Below are positions 40,778 to 53,325 of a stretch of DNA of 64,000 nucleotides, piece by piece (within the stretch, counting starts at the first letter, position 1; every line of letters begins with the position of its first letter). Under the pieces are notes generated by a model. That model had not been told where the DNA came from. It was given only the letters and a program-made list of their open reading frames with translations, and searched no databases. The stretch is from the human T2T-CHM13v2.0 reference genome, Homo sapiens. The translations under genes and the position numbers were made by a program. Where the stretch lies: assembly GCF_009914755.1 (NCBI RefSeq), contig NC_060925.1; one strand, given 5' to 3'.

Positions 40778-41315
40778 TGCTTCAGTCAGCTCAGGCTTCT
40801 ATAATATATTTCATTTATATTAAATAATATGTATTTATAGGATAAAATACTATATGTAGATAGGGTAGCTTATAAACAACAAATTTTATTTCTCACAGTT
40901 CTGGCAGCCGACAAGTCCAAGATCAAGGCCCTGGAGCATTCCTTGTCTAGTAAGGCCCATTTTCTAGTTCATAGATGAATCTTCTCTCTATGTTCTCCTG
41001 TAGTGGAAGGGGCAAACAAGGTTCCTCTGGCTTCATTTATAGAGACTACAGTCTCATTCATAAGAGCTCTATCCTCATAATCTAATTATCGACTAAGGCC
41101 CCATCCCTTAACCCATTTATGCCTGAAGTTGCAAGTTTTTGAATTTTTGCAATCTGACCTTGGTGATGACCTTGAGCAGTAGGATATAAATAACGCCCAC
41201 ATACTTAGTGTTCCATTACTGGAACACTAGGCATAAATAGGTTTAATATCATAATCTTCAAGGCTAGGATTTCAACATATAAATTTTGAGAGGACACAAA
41301 ATTCAGACCATAGCA
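40778..41315 (-). mobile_element. MLT1A0-like MaLR LTR interrupted by MER85
   Basis: 'cttataaacaacaaattttatttctcacagttctgg..aagtccaagatcaagg' and end 'tttcaacatataaattttg..attcagaccatagca'. Confidence 0.88.
41112..41241 (-). mobile_element. MER85, piggyBac (PGBD3-derived) MITE, full length
   Basis: TTAA (41108-41111), then TIR 'cccatttatgcct' ... 'aggcataaatagg', then (T)TTAA. 130 bp. Internal palindrome gttcca-N4-tggaac. Confidence 0.95.
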
Positions 41316-42629
41316 ACAGCCAAGGGTTGTTAAGGATGTTGAAAAATTAGAAAATAGACATAATATGCCCATGGAAGGATAAGCTGTTATAGCCACAATA
41401 TATCTGTTTGGTAGTATCTAAAGCTGAACAAATGTATACCTTAATATTAATTAATACTAACATTAATAAGATAATACTTTCACTTCTCAACATATAATCA
41501 ATGTGAGCATATCTCCTTCAAAATATAGATAATAAATTATTTAAAATGGCACTATTCAGGGTAGCTCTAAAAGGCAACCAAATGTGCATCAATAGTCAAA
41601 TGAGAAATAAATTATCTACCACCGACTGGAACACTTTATAGCAATAAGAATCAATAATGCATGAATACTTGCAACTATATGAATGAAACACACACATGTA
41701 ATACTAAGGACTCAAACACTATGCGACCCTGTTTATAAGTGGTACAAGAAAACACTAAACTATGCTATAAGAAGTTGAGATAGTGGGAGATTTACTGAAA
41801 CAGATTTGAAAAGCAGCCATACAGGCATTTCTGGCATTCTGATAATGCTATATTTCATAATTTGAATGTTGGTTGCATAGATATGTCTACTTTGTGAAAA
41901 TTCAGTGAGCTGTCCATTTATGACAAGAACCTCTTTTCTGCATGTACATTTTACTTTGGTGAAAAATAAGGAGAAATACAGATACATGTAGATGATATCT
42001 TCTGTTTACTTATGTGTGAAATGATATTGTGAACCTATATTACTTACTCTACTACAAATTTCAAATGTTCCATTATTTACCATAGTAGTTAAAAGACTAA
42101 ACATTAATAAGAACAACCTAAAATAAACAAAGTATGATGAGAATGTATGTTACAAATTAACCATTAAGCTTTTCAAAGAAAATTGCTAATACAGGTCTAT
42201 TTTTCACTAATGACAAGTGAATATTGTAATTAATAATAATTACAGCCAATAATAAATGTTTTAAAGGTTCACATGCACTATATTTGTCACAGTGATATAG
42301 ATTGCATTCTCATGATGAAATGCAAATACTAAATGCTTTTATGGTATGTAAACCACCAGAGTGCCACAGTTCATTCAAGCATCATTTTATTCATTCAAAA
42401 TGTATTTATTAGGACACATTATGGAACATAATTGAAAGTCATAAAAAACTAAACCAAAGTAAATTCTGAAAACTTAATTAATTGCACAGTTTGTCATAAA
42501 TTTATTTAAACAAAAATTTACAACCACTAGATCATAGCTTGAAATTTACCTTGGAGAAAAAATGGTAAATATAATTAGCCACTGAGAAATGCTTGAGATG
42601 AAGATGACCTTTTGCACAGAGAATTATAT

Positions 42630-42840
42630 AAATGTAATGACAATACTGATTGCTCTCCTGCTATGTGCCACAATGTTATGCTCTTTGCAGACATTCCCTA
42701 GAAGTCTCACAATACCAATTTAGAGTCCTACTATTGTTACTCCATTTTGTGGAGAAAGAGAGACACTCAGTGACTCAAAATTAGTTTTGATCCTAACATC
42801 TGTGTTCTCAAGTGAATAATTCTCAATACTGACTGTGCAT
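42630..42840 (-). mobile_element. MIR fragment
   Basis: 'ctatgtgcca..tctcacaatacc..ctattgttactccattttgtggagaaagagagacactcag'. Confidence 0.55.
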
Positions 42841-43639
42841 CTGAATTTCACATGAAACTTTAAAATGTACAAAGTTGGGTCATTACAAAGACTCATTGAA
42901 ACTAACACTTAAAGACTGACTCCTAGCCACCTGTATTTTCATAAAGTTCCTTAAATTGTAAATTTTATTTGACTTCCACTCATCTACACAATCGCCTGTA
43001 TGAGTTTCTGAATAAGTTTATTACTTCTTATTCAGTGATGTCTTTGTTTTGTTATTATTCCTGCTGCTTGTTCATTCTTCAGAACTTGTCATTGCTTTGG
43101 CAGAGCTCTGTTGAAAAACTAGATTGCTGAGTATCAACTTGCATAGCTATGGTTCTTTCCTTACTTCAGGCTTACATATTCCTTCAATTCAACTACTTTT
43201 CCTTCTGGATTGAAGATTATGGTGTCATGCTTTGGCTATCTCATGTATTTTGCTCCTGCTGTGGTTGACAGCCAATGTTAATTAACTTAATGACAGTATT
43301 GACTGACTGTTTTCACTGTGACTAGCTATAGTCAATTTAAATTGTGATTCTGTATTGATCATCTCCTGGGCCCATTGATGATGAATTTATCAAAACCCTG
43401 TGTTGCCATTCCATCCTTAAGAAGAAAATAGCCTGTCTGTTACACAGCCATCTCACAGAGTTAGAAAGCTAGCTAAAGATTGAGAAGATTATTGAGTTGG
43501 CTGGCAAAGTTATATGTCCTTAACAAGGTATTTATTATAAGAAAGTTCAATTTATAACTGTTTATTAAGTTATATGTGGTTTAAATGTTTTTCTGTATCA
43601 ATACTTTTATTTTGTATTTTAAAAATTTAATAATTAAAA

Positions 43640-44670
43640 CAAAAGTAATAGATTAACACAGGGCAAAGGTAGAATCAAGGAGAAATTTGAGAAGATTATT
43701 GCAGTAACCTTTGTAAATGAAATTGGCACAGAAGAAAGTAGTAACAGTAAAAATAAGGAGAATTACCTGGATTCTGGATTAAAGGTTAGGGCCAGCAGAA
43801 AGTGCTCATTGATTGCATATGTGGTTTTAGAAAAAGAGTTGTCACTGGTGACTGGGATGTTTGGCCTGAGTAACTAGAAAATAGTGACTAATCTTTTCTG
43901 TCATGGTAAAAAGGCAGTATAAAAAAGGGTTTTGTTGTTGTTGTTAATTATTTTTTTCTTTTAGGGCAGGAAGATCAGGTAGTCAGTTTGAGCCATTTAA
44001 ATTTTGAGATGCTTATTAAGCCATGATAATATGTATAACTGAAGGAATGAGAGTTAATATACATAGAAATAGAAGAGATTAAAAATAAGCAGAAGAGAAA
44101 TTCCATATGTAGGGGTCAGAAAAATAGAAAAATAAACAAAGCAGTCTGAGTAGAATTAGAGTATAGTAAGCAAAAAACCTGTGGCATTGTGGTATAACTG
44201 GAATCAAGTGAATCAATAAAAAATGGATTGATCAACTGTATCAAATGCTGCTGATAAACCAAGTCAAATGGACTGAGAAATTCTCATTTCATTTAGTGTG
44301 AACATACTTAGAGCAATGTTGGTGGACTTTAGAGTGATAATAGAATGTTTTAAAACTAATAAAAACCCAAGAGCATAACAATTAATGGCATAGAGAAAGA
44401 GAGGAAAATTGTCAAAAATATTCTTTGGTAGAAAAAAGGGCACCTATACTTACATGAAAATAAAAGGGTCATATATCTAGAACCTCTGACAGTTATTCAC
44501 AGTAATAATGAGAAAGCAAAATATGTGACTATAGATCCCCGTAGTATGCTAGATACATATAATGGATAGGTTCCACAGTAAAACAGGAAATAAGGTTATT
44601 AGCTTAGGGTAACTTGGGATTATGGATGTGACATATTAAGGATTTGAGAAGAAACAGTATGAAACAGAAA
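43640..44670 (-). mobile_element. L2 fragment
   Basis: 'gagaagattattgcagtaacc', 'tttggcctgagtaactagaa' and 'tcaactgtatcaaatgctgctga..gactgagaa'. Confidence 0.75.
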
Positions 44671-45022
44671 GCAGCCATTAAAAAGAATGAGATCATGTTC
44701 TCTGCAGGGACATGGATGGATCCGGAGGCCACTATCCTTAGCAAACTAACGCAGGAACAGAAAACCAAATACCAGTGTTCTTACTTATAAGTGGGAGCTA
44801 AATTATGAGAACACATGGGTACATAGAAGGGAACATGACACATTGAGGTCATTTGGAGGGTAGAGGGTGGAAGGAGGGAGAGAATCAGGAAAAATAACTA
44901 ATGGGTACTAGGCTTAATACCTGGTTGATGAAATATGTGTACAATAAACCCCCATGACACAAGTTTGCCTATGTAACAAACCTGCACATGTACCCCTGGA
45001 CTTAAAATAAAAGTTAAAAAAA
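44671..45022 (+). mobile_element. L1PA13-like 3' end
   Basis: 'atcaggaaaaataactaatgggtactaggcttaatacctgg..aaacccccatgacacaagttt..cttaaaataaaagttaaaa'. Confidence 0.9.
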
Positions 45023-45041
45023 TGAATTTTAAAAAGAAAAT

Positions 45042-45095
45042 AGTCATTTCAAAGAGAAGGACAATTCATTCATTGCCCTTCTCTTTGAAATAACT
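45042..45095. repeat. Inverted repeat: 24-bp arms, 6-nt spacer, 2 mismatches
   Basis: agtcatttcaaagagaaggacaat-tcattc-attgcccttctctttgaaataact. Confidence 0.9.
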
Positions 45096-46922
45096 GATAG
45101 AGAAATTTGTAAGTCTTTCATTGACATTATGTTTTGTGAAAGCTAATCATCATATTTGTGTGTTTTTCTACAGCCATTTCAAGTTTGGTGGATAGGTAGG
45201 GTACAATTAGAACATTGCCAATGCTGTCATTTAGGGAATATAGTAAAAGGAGAAGCAAGCATAGGAGGTGAAGAGGTACACAAGAAAATGCTGGCAATAG
45301 AACATGGAATTTAATCAGGGAAAGAAGGAGATCAAGAAAATAATGAGAAATAGTGAGAAATTAGTATAATAAATATGTTTATGCACATTATTTCTGTTTA
45401 TTTCAAATTTTGTCATTTGTTGACTTAATTCCTAAGTAAATAATTGAGTCATGGTAAAATTTTGCTGAATTAATAATATGACCATTTATAAAATATTTTA
45501 ATAAAATATATGTAATTTAACAAATAATATTTATTTTAGATTATTAATAATATACCAATACAATTAAAATAAAATATAAACAAACTCATAAATAAAATTT
45601 TGAGGAATATTTAAAAATTCACATTTAGTAAGAATTAATCTAGCAATCTTAGAATATTTGTAGAAATCTAAAAATATCAGCAACACCAGACATATTGCAT
45701 GTAGAAGACAACTTTGATTTGTTTGACAGATAGTTACGGTTGGAGCTCTTCCCAGAGTATTCTGATTTGTGCATGTGAATCCAATCTAAATTAGTGGAGG
45801 TCTGACATAATTGCAACTGAGTATGAATTAATGTTCACTGCTTCAGGGAAAGATTTGAAAATATGTGTATTAAAGGGTAACATATTGCTAATGATCATTA
45901 TTTATTCAATGCCACTTATTTTATACAGGAAGAAATGAATAATACTGCTGAAAGACATAGATTATCCTAGGACTGGGCAAACCTTTATTGTCAGAAGTTT
46001 CCAGGAACTCATTCTGAAAGTCATAGAGTTAAAATAATTCTCAGATTTTTCTGAGAGGCAAGGGGTATATTTGTCCCACAGTAATAATTTCTTAATGCTT
46101 CATCCCTCATTTTGTCTTCTTCCATTTTCTCCATACATATTCCAAACACTTAAAGGATAAGAAAAGCAACCTGATTCCTAAATAGAAAGTATAAATTAAA
46201 AATAAAATTTCAATATGATCCAATTTTAAACTGTAAAATCAAATAAATGCATTAAGCATAGGTAAAGTTTTATTAAAGTTCAAGGGTACCTACAAAGCCA
46301 TTTGTAATCATAGTTTTTTCTACAATTTATATTAAATACGGTTGCATCTGAGTGTATCTGATTTGGAATACAATATACAGGAAGAAAAAGTCTTTCAAAT
46401 AAAGTATATAATAAGAATCCCTATTGAAAGTATTAATTTGGTTTAATTACCAGCAGTTATTTTTTAAAGTCTAATGTCTAGAATTATTCGTATTTTATAA
46501 ACATGCATTGATAATGTGTTACTTGAAAAGTAACAATCTGATGTTACCTTTAGATATAGTACAATAGATTCTAGGGCTAACCTTTCTACTTTGAGTATGT
46601 ACTTCCTGAAGCTATAAAAATTAGATTACTTAAAAATAAAGACTAAAAAATTAGATAAGAAAGTGGGAATTGAGTTATTTGATAACTTACATGGCTATTC
46701 CTTCCACTGGAGAAATCTCTAAAGGGAAATAATGAGATCAGTTTGATTTCTGGCATTGAAATATCTTATACTTCACTACTTTTGTCCTAAAATTCTGTTT
46801 ATAAAATTTAGATCCTTGTGCTTTTATTATATTGCACATATGCAGCTGAGAAAACATTTTAGTATTTTACAGTCCAATGATACAAATTTGGGGCTACATG
46901 CTTTGCAGACTTATAAAACAGG

Positions 46923-47260
46923 TGTCTTCTTTTGTTGAGGCTGTTATAACAAAATATCTTAGGAGTTATTTATAAACAACATAAATTTATTGGTCACAGT
47001 TCTAAAGGTTGGGAAGTCTAAGATCCAGGTACCAGCAGATTCAATCTAGTGAGAACTCACTCTGTGCTTCAAAGAATGCACCTTCTGTCTGTGTACTCAC
47101 ATGGCAGAAAGGGCAAACAAGCTCCCTCAAGCCTCTTGTTATCAGGGCACTAATCCCATTCATGAGGGAATTCAAATTCATATGAATTTCATATGAATAT
47201 GAATCTCAGTGGGTTTCAACATGTGAATTTGAGTGGGACGTAAACATTCGAACCATAGCA
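46923..47260 (-). mobile_element. MLT1A0-like MaLR LTR
   Basis: 'tgtctt..ggctgttataacaaaata..ttataaacaac..cacagttct..gggaagtctaagatc' through 'aaacattcgaaccatagca'. Confidence 0.88.
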
Positions 47261-49103
47261 ATAGACACATTTAATTTCTATAAGTTTTATAAAGCTAGCA
47301 AAAATGCAAGAAACTATCAAAATATATGGATTTCTGTATAAGAATAAAATTAACTGATATGTCTATATATTTATAAATATATATATGACTACTATAGCGT
47401 TAGTTAATTTGACCATTTATGTAGAATTTTTGTGCTGAGAGTGGCTATCTCTTTGAAATTTAGTGTATTATAATAATTAAAACTTATGTAAGTGCTACAG
47501 AATATATCTATTGGGCAGTATATTAATAAGTCATTTGTGAGATTAAAATTAGTATTGTAATGGATTCTTCTTTTTGGTAGAACTCACTGTAGATTAACTT
47601 GAGCACTTTATGGTGAATATTGGAATGATGAAAATATTCCAGAAATAATTTTTAGTATAAAATAAAAAATATTTCAAAAATCTATGATTGGGATATTTTC
47701 AAATGGCTAGTAGAACTGGAGCCAAACCCATTCCATTGACTAAGAATTTTTGTTTCCTTGGCTAAAATTTTATTATAATGTAGACCACCAGTCAATTATA
47801 CCATAATTTCTAAATGTTTCCCCCTACCCAGCATCACAGACTTCAAATTAAATTACCAAATTACCCAAACTTTTTTTGACCTGCTAAAATTTTCACCTAC
47901 ATAAAAGCAAACTACCACTGGATATCTAAGTTTAAAAAAGTAGAACTATTCAGTACTAGTTTCATGCAGTTGTTATATTTTCTTTATAATTAATTATGCA
48001 ACATATAATTCAAAACAGTTTAAAAGTATTAGCACAAAAACCAAGTTAGCAAAATATATCTGGATTTAAAGCTCTTAAAATTCGCACAATATTTTCTTGT
48101 CATGATACAATTTTTTTTTAAATTACACGTGAAAAGATCAAAGAGCATGTGTGTATTTATAAACAACACAAAGTCTTAATATCACTCAGTAAGATGATTG
48201 GTCACCTTGTTCACAACCATGTAGTATTAGTGTAGCAATAGACCCAATTGAAATGCAAGGAAATAAATGCCCATGCAAAAAATAAATAATACAAAGTTCA
48301 TCAAGATGTTGAAATCATTCATTACAAATGCACTGTAATAGGGGTATTTAAAGTGCATCGTATTTGTGACTAAGACTTTCTGGATACAGGAGACTTTGCC
48401 TCCAAATTATACTTACATCACTCATAATCTGATTTTGTCATTGGTGTAGTCCAAAAAATATTGTTAGAAATATGTGAAAGATCCATTGAGTACAATATTT
48501 ATTTCCATAATAAGTCCTAATGGAATTACGAAGGACAACTCAGGATACAGAATATATTCAAGATAACTCAGTAGAAAAATAAGTATCTGAGTCTCATAGT
48601 TAGGAATAGAACTGATTTCTTTTTAATTTAGATATTCAGTGGTCATTTGCCGCTACTCATTAACAAATGTTAATTGTGGTATAATGAGACATAGGCACTT
48701 TTCATAAAAATATATCCAGATGTACTGAAATGACTGCTTTCAGCAATTTTTTCTTGAAAATGACACATTTTCTGTAACCAAACAGAAATCAAAAAATTGG
48801 AAACCATCCCCTACTAAAATTATGTATGTATTTTAAACATCATATACGTACATGAATAAGTTCAAGAGAAATTCGGGTATGTATTTTCCTATTCACTATA
48901 CAATTTACAAAGGACTTTTTACATACATGATCTAATTAATCTTTGTGAGATAAACAATATTATTTATACTTTACAAGTGTGCTGAGAAAAACTGAATGAA
49001 AATAAATCACAAAATTATTAAATATTTGAATCATATAGTTGTTAGGTCATTTCATTCCATTGCTGCTGAAATAGTTAACTTTAATAATCACAAAATGATT
49101 TAT

Positions 49104-49341
49104 GCTTCGAGACGAGGCTTTGAAACATAATGAGATCCTGTCTCTACAAAAAATAAAATATTAGGTGAGCATGGTGGCACATGCCTGTTGTCCTAGCTAC
49201 TTGGGAGACTGAGGCAAGAGGATCAACTGAACCCAGGAGATTGAGGCTGCAGTGAGCTATAATCAACGACATTCTACTCCAGCCTTGATGACAAGGCGAG
49301 AATCTATCTCTAAACAAACATAATAAAAATAAATTTAAAAA
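49104..49341 (+). mobile_element. 5'-truncated AluJ
   Basis: End of the left arm plus a right arm with 'gaggatcaactgaacccaggag..gaggctgcagtgagctat'. Confidence 0.85.
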
Positions 49342-49654
49342 GTAATAATAAAAAACAAGTGATATTAGTTAATATTGCTAATTACAATTCTATTTAGATA
49401 TATTCACATTTCTAGACTTGGGGAAAATATTTGAAAGTCTGAGATAATTCCTCTCTTTTACTAGTTTTTACCTCTCATCTATTAGTCATTCTAATTCATT
49501 CATGCCAATACTTTTTACTCTTTCATTCAATAAATAGTTCTACAGTATATTCTAGAGATTGCCCTGGCTTTTAGGGCTATAGGAGTAAATAACCAGATAT
49601 TGTTTTTGTCCTAGTATTATTAACTCTTAACAAGAATACAGGTACCAAATTACT

Positions 49655-50025
49655 CTGAGAAGAGACTGAATAATGGCCCTGAATGATGCACATCCTAATC
49701 CTTGGGACCTGTGAATACTGTATATAATCCTACATGGCCAAAGGGACTTTGTAGATGTGAGTAGGTTAAGGATCATGAGATACAAAACTTATCCTGAATC
49801 ATTCTGGTGGGCCTGATGTAATACAAGGGTAATTATAATATAGAAGGTGATGTGATAATGGGGACAGAGAGAGAAAACATCATGTAATGCGGTATCGTGA
49901 GCCAAGGAATGAGTACAGTACCCATCATAGAAAAGTCAAGAAAACAGATTCTCCCCTGATATTCCAAAAGAAAACAGCCCTACACCCATTTTAATTTTAA
50001 GCCAGTGAAACTAGATTTCAACCTA
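49655..50025 (+). mobile_element. MLT1D-like MaLR LTR (3'-truncated)
   Basis: 'gaataatggccc..catcctaatccttgggacctgtgaata..catggccaaagggactttgtagatgtg', 'gagccaaggaatg' and 'aacagattctcccct'. Confidence 0.8.
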
Positions 50026-50720
50026 ACATTGGTCTAACATCAAAACAAAAAAGGTCAAGTGGCCTGCAAAATATTGTGAACTCTGATTTTATGTTGGAGA
50101 ATTTAAGAAATGTACTTAAATTTTACAATTATTAATTAGAAAGACTTAAATAGAAACTTGATTTTTCTAAAACCAAGTCAATTGTTCTTACTTCTTTCCT
50201 GCACTTTTTATTTTGACAACTTAATGTGCATTCAACGTTGTCTAGCATTCTAAAATACATTAATTATGTCACTCTTGCAGATAAGGATGCACGGTAAAGT
50301 GTCTGAAATAAAACAAGCAATAAGTTTTAAAATTTATCCCGTGTTAGAATAGTATAAAATATGTTTACCTACTAATGGATGATCACTTCTATTTTTCTTC
50401 CTAACATTATCTTAGCCAGTGTTCACCTACTGAAAAATTATCTACTGTCCTTTATGTGTATTAAAAATCCATATGTGTACAATTGTCATACAATTGCTAT
50501 GGTAGAAGTAGCAATGTTATTTAGTATACAAATAAAATGATTTTAAAAAGCACAAAATCGCCACAAAAACGTACGTCTTTATATAAATTCCAGAATGTCA
50601 GTTATCAATTTATTCCTTTATCATGATTTATACATAATTTTGGTCGTTACACTGCAGTGATTAAGCATAGAAACTTTGACTTCAGGATTTCCACAGTGGA
50701 ATGTTGGCTTTCCTACTTAC

Positions 50721-51219
50721 TGGGTTTGTTTTTCTATTACTGCTGTCACAAATTACAGCAAACTTAGTGGTTTGCAGGAATACAAATTTAATACCTTACA
50801 GTTCTGTAGCCTGACATGTGCCTCACTAGGCTAAAAAGGTGTTTACAGATCTCTGCTCTTTATAGGGGGTTGTAGGGAAGAATCTATTTTGTTGCGTTTG
50901 CTAGTTTCACATTTCTTGTTTGGTGTCTTTCTTTCTCCCTCTTCAAAGCCAGCAATGGCTGGTCCAGAGTTTCTCACACCGAATCACTCTGGCTCTCAAT
51001 CTCTTACCTTTCTCTTCCACTTTTAAGGACCCTTGTAATTATATTGGGGCCAGGTAGATTATCCAAGATAATCTATATATTTTAATGCCAACTGATTAGC
51101 ATGTTTATTTCCATCTGCATGCAGCCTTAATTTCCCTTTGCAATGTAAGGTGACATATTCTAACATGGACATTTTTTGAGTGTGTGTGTGTGGGGGGGAG
51201 GATTATTCTTTCTATAACA
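50721..51219 (-). mobile_element. MLT1D-like MaLR LTR
   Basis: 'ctattactgctgtcacaaattacagcaaacttagtgg', 'cttcaaagccagcaatgg' and 'ttttaaggacccttgtaattatattggg'. Confidence 0.82.
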
Positions 51220-51354
51220 AAAAGTGACTTTTAAAGTTATTTACATCAGAGTTTAACTTGAAGATTTGACATGATATGTGGTACTTATAAATATCTCTGT
51301 AAATATTATTAGTCATAATCATTTTAAGTTTGATGTAGGAATACTTTTTGTAGA

Positions 51355-51431
51355 ATTTTTTTATTATCATACTTTAAGTTCTGGGGTACATGTGCAGAAC
51401 GTAAAGTTTTTTTGCATAGATATACACATGC
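51355..51431 (-). mobile_element. ~75-bp L1PA (PA7/8-like) 3' tip
   Basis: 'tttttattatcatactttaagttctggggtacatgtgcagaacgt'. Confidence 0.75.
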
Positions 51432-52399
51432 AATGCTTAAATTGTAAAATTCCCTTTGCCATTACATGAAGTTTTCTGCTCAGTCTTAAGAAGTAGAACT
51501 ATGCAAAATTTCATGATATGTGCATAAATACTCTTAATTTTATAAAAGTTATGTTTTCAGGTTTGTAAAATAATCATGGAACAAAACTGAATATTACAAA
51601 TATAGTATTATATATACCATAAAGTCCCAATAAAATAGCTTTTCTTTACTTGATCAATTTTCTTTCGCCAACTTTTCCAAAAAATACCCCTAGGACCAAG
51701 TTCTAGGGTGACTATAGGTCTTCTTTACATCCTATACACATCGAAATACACACTTATGTATCTTAAATAATACTTATTTACCTAATTTAACATTAACATT
51801 ATGAATTTGGGTGACAGCATATACATACAATTTTATATTTGTTTTTAGAAAGACAAATTATATAACATTTTATTTAACTTTTACAAATGGAGACTTTGTA
51901 ATGTGTCTTACAGATGTTTATTTTTAAATACAAGTGGGATGTGATTAAACATTTTGGGAAAGTATTATCAGAATACATTTGGACAGTGTTCCATTCCCAT
52001 TTCATAATTAGTAATGAAACAGTTATAAAAGCTGCTCCCCTCACCACTATGTCCCCACCTTAGTGAGAGATCTGTGACAATTTCATAACTTCCATTCTTA
52101 CTAAGCTATTGTGGCACAAAGAACAACTTGTAACATTTCTTTCAGGAGAAAGGAATGCTTATCACAAAGTAAAGCACCTCCTGAGTCAGCCTATTCAGGC
52201 AGATTTGCTGCCACGTTTATTAAATTCCTGAGGGTTTTATTCCTCAAGTTATTACTCTCAAGTGTATGAGCAAGAAAAGGCCAGAACCTATAGGACCTTA
52301 ATGTGTCTGTTCGTGTAAATGTTTACTAAAATTAAGAACAATACAGTAAGTCAAAGCAGGGTGTCTGGTGGCTTTCCATTTTTTTCTGTCTCCTCGGTG

Positions 52400-52620
52400 T
52401 CCCCTGGTGGCTAAGCAAGATTGGAGTTCAGATCCCGTTTTTGACACCAGTTTTTGACTTTGTGTCAATAACTTAATATTTCTGGAGATTTTTTACAGTG
52501 AAGGGGCTATAATAACACTGAAATGATAATCTTGTTGTGGGTTTAAATGAAATTATCTATCACATATTATTTTAGAGGGCCTGACCCAATGCAGGCTTTC
52601 AATGCATTGTAAGTTTATTA
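52400..52620 (+). mobile_element. MIR
   Basis: 'ggagttcagatccc..ttgtgtcaataacttaa..gttgtgggtttaaatgaaat..gcctgacccaatgcaggctttcaat'. Confidence 0.55.
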
Positions 52621-53194
52621 GCACTTTTTCCAATGGTTATTTTTCTGTTCTACTATTTTCCATTTAATCTTTCTATTTTGACACAGGATTTATCTAAATT
52701 TTATCAACCTCACTCAAAAACAGGACTCCCTATGTGATATTTATCACTGGTTGCAAGCTCAATTTTAAAAGTTAAAAAAAAAAAAAGATATTGTGGAAAA
52801 ATGTAAGACAAATAAATGAAACAAATTTCCACATTTTTTCCTGTTTTCTTATGGTCTGTTAGACATAAGCCCTGTCTTAGTCACATTGAAAATTTGCTTC
52901 ATCAAAGTATTACTTATAATTAAATAACTTCAATCTATCAACATAAATGAACCCAATATCAACTTAACTTGACTTAATTTTATATTATCACTGGAAGATC
53001 AAAGAATTTTGTACAAATCAGCAAATAGGAAGACCAAGTCAAATTTAGCTTATTTCCACACTAACACAAAACCTTTCCTGCAAAACTTTCTGTTGCTTAA
53101 AAAGGCCAGAGCTTTTTAAATGAACATGTGCATCCTAAACCATCCATTCCAGTGAGGAGGAGGAGGGCATAGTTCAGGGAGTAGGTTTTCAATT

Positions 53195-53325
53195 AACAAA
53201 TTGATGCCAGATCTGGACCAAGAGAACAACACTTTTATATTAACATATTATGACATGAGACCTTCAATAATGAGTTGGCCAGGACCTCATTTTTATATCT
53301 CAATGAAATAGCTCACAGAATAGCG
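53195..53325 (-). mobile_element. Probable AmnSINE1 (Deu-domain SINE) relic
   Basis: 'tgacatgagaccttcaat..tggccaggacctcatttttatatctcaatgaaa' aligns by eye to the recalled antisense AmnSINE1 core 'tgccatgggatctttaat..tggtcaggacctcggttttacgtctcatccgaaa'. Confidence 0.6.

Larger units (their letters stand above)
39790..41960 (+). mobile_element. Old L1MC/ME 3' half, hosting microsatellites, MLT1A0 and MER85
   Basis: 'aagaacaaagttggaagac', 'gaattagattacattaaaattaac' and 'ctagggaaatgtgaattaaaattataatgagataccac'. 3'UTR 'tttgtgaaaattcagtgagctgt'. Confidence 0.7.

Noticed and set aside
49655-51219. Two MLT1D-like LTRs as the ends of a single provirus
   Set aside because: They are in opposite orientation with no internal sequence between them, so they are independent solo LTRs.
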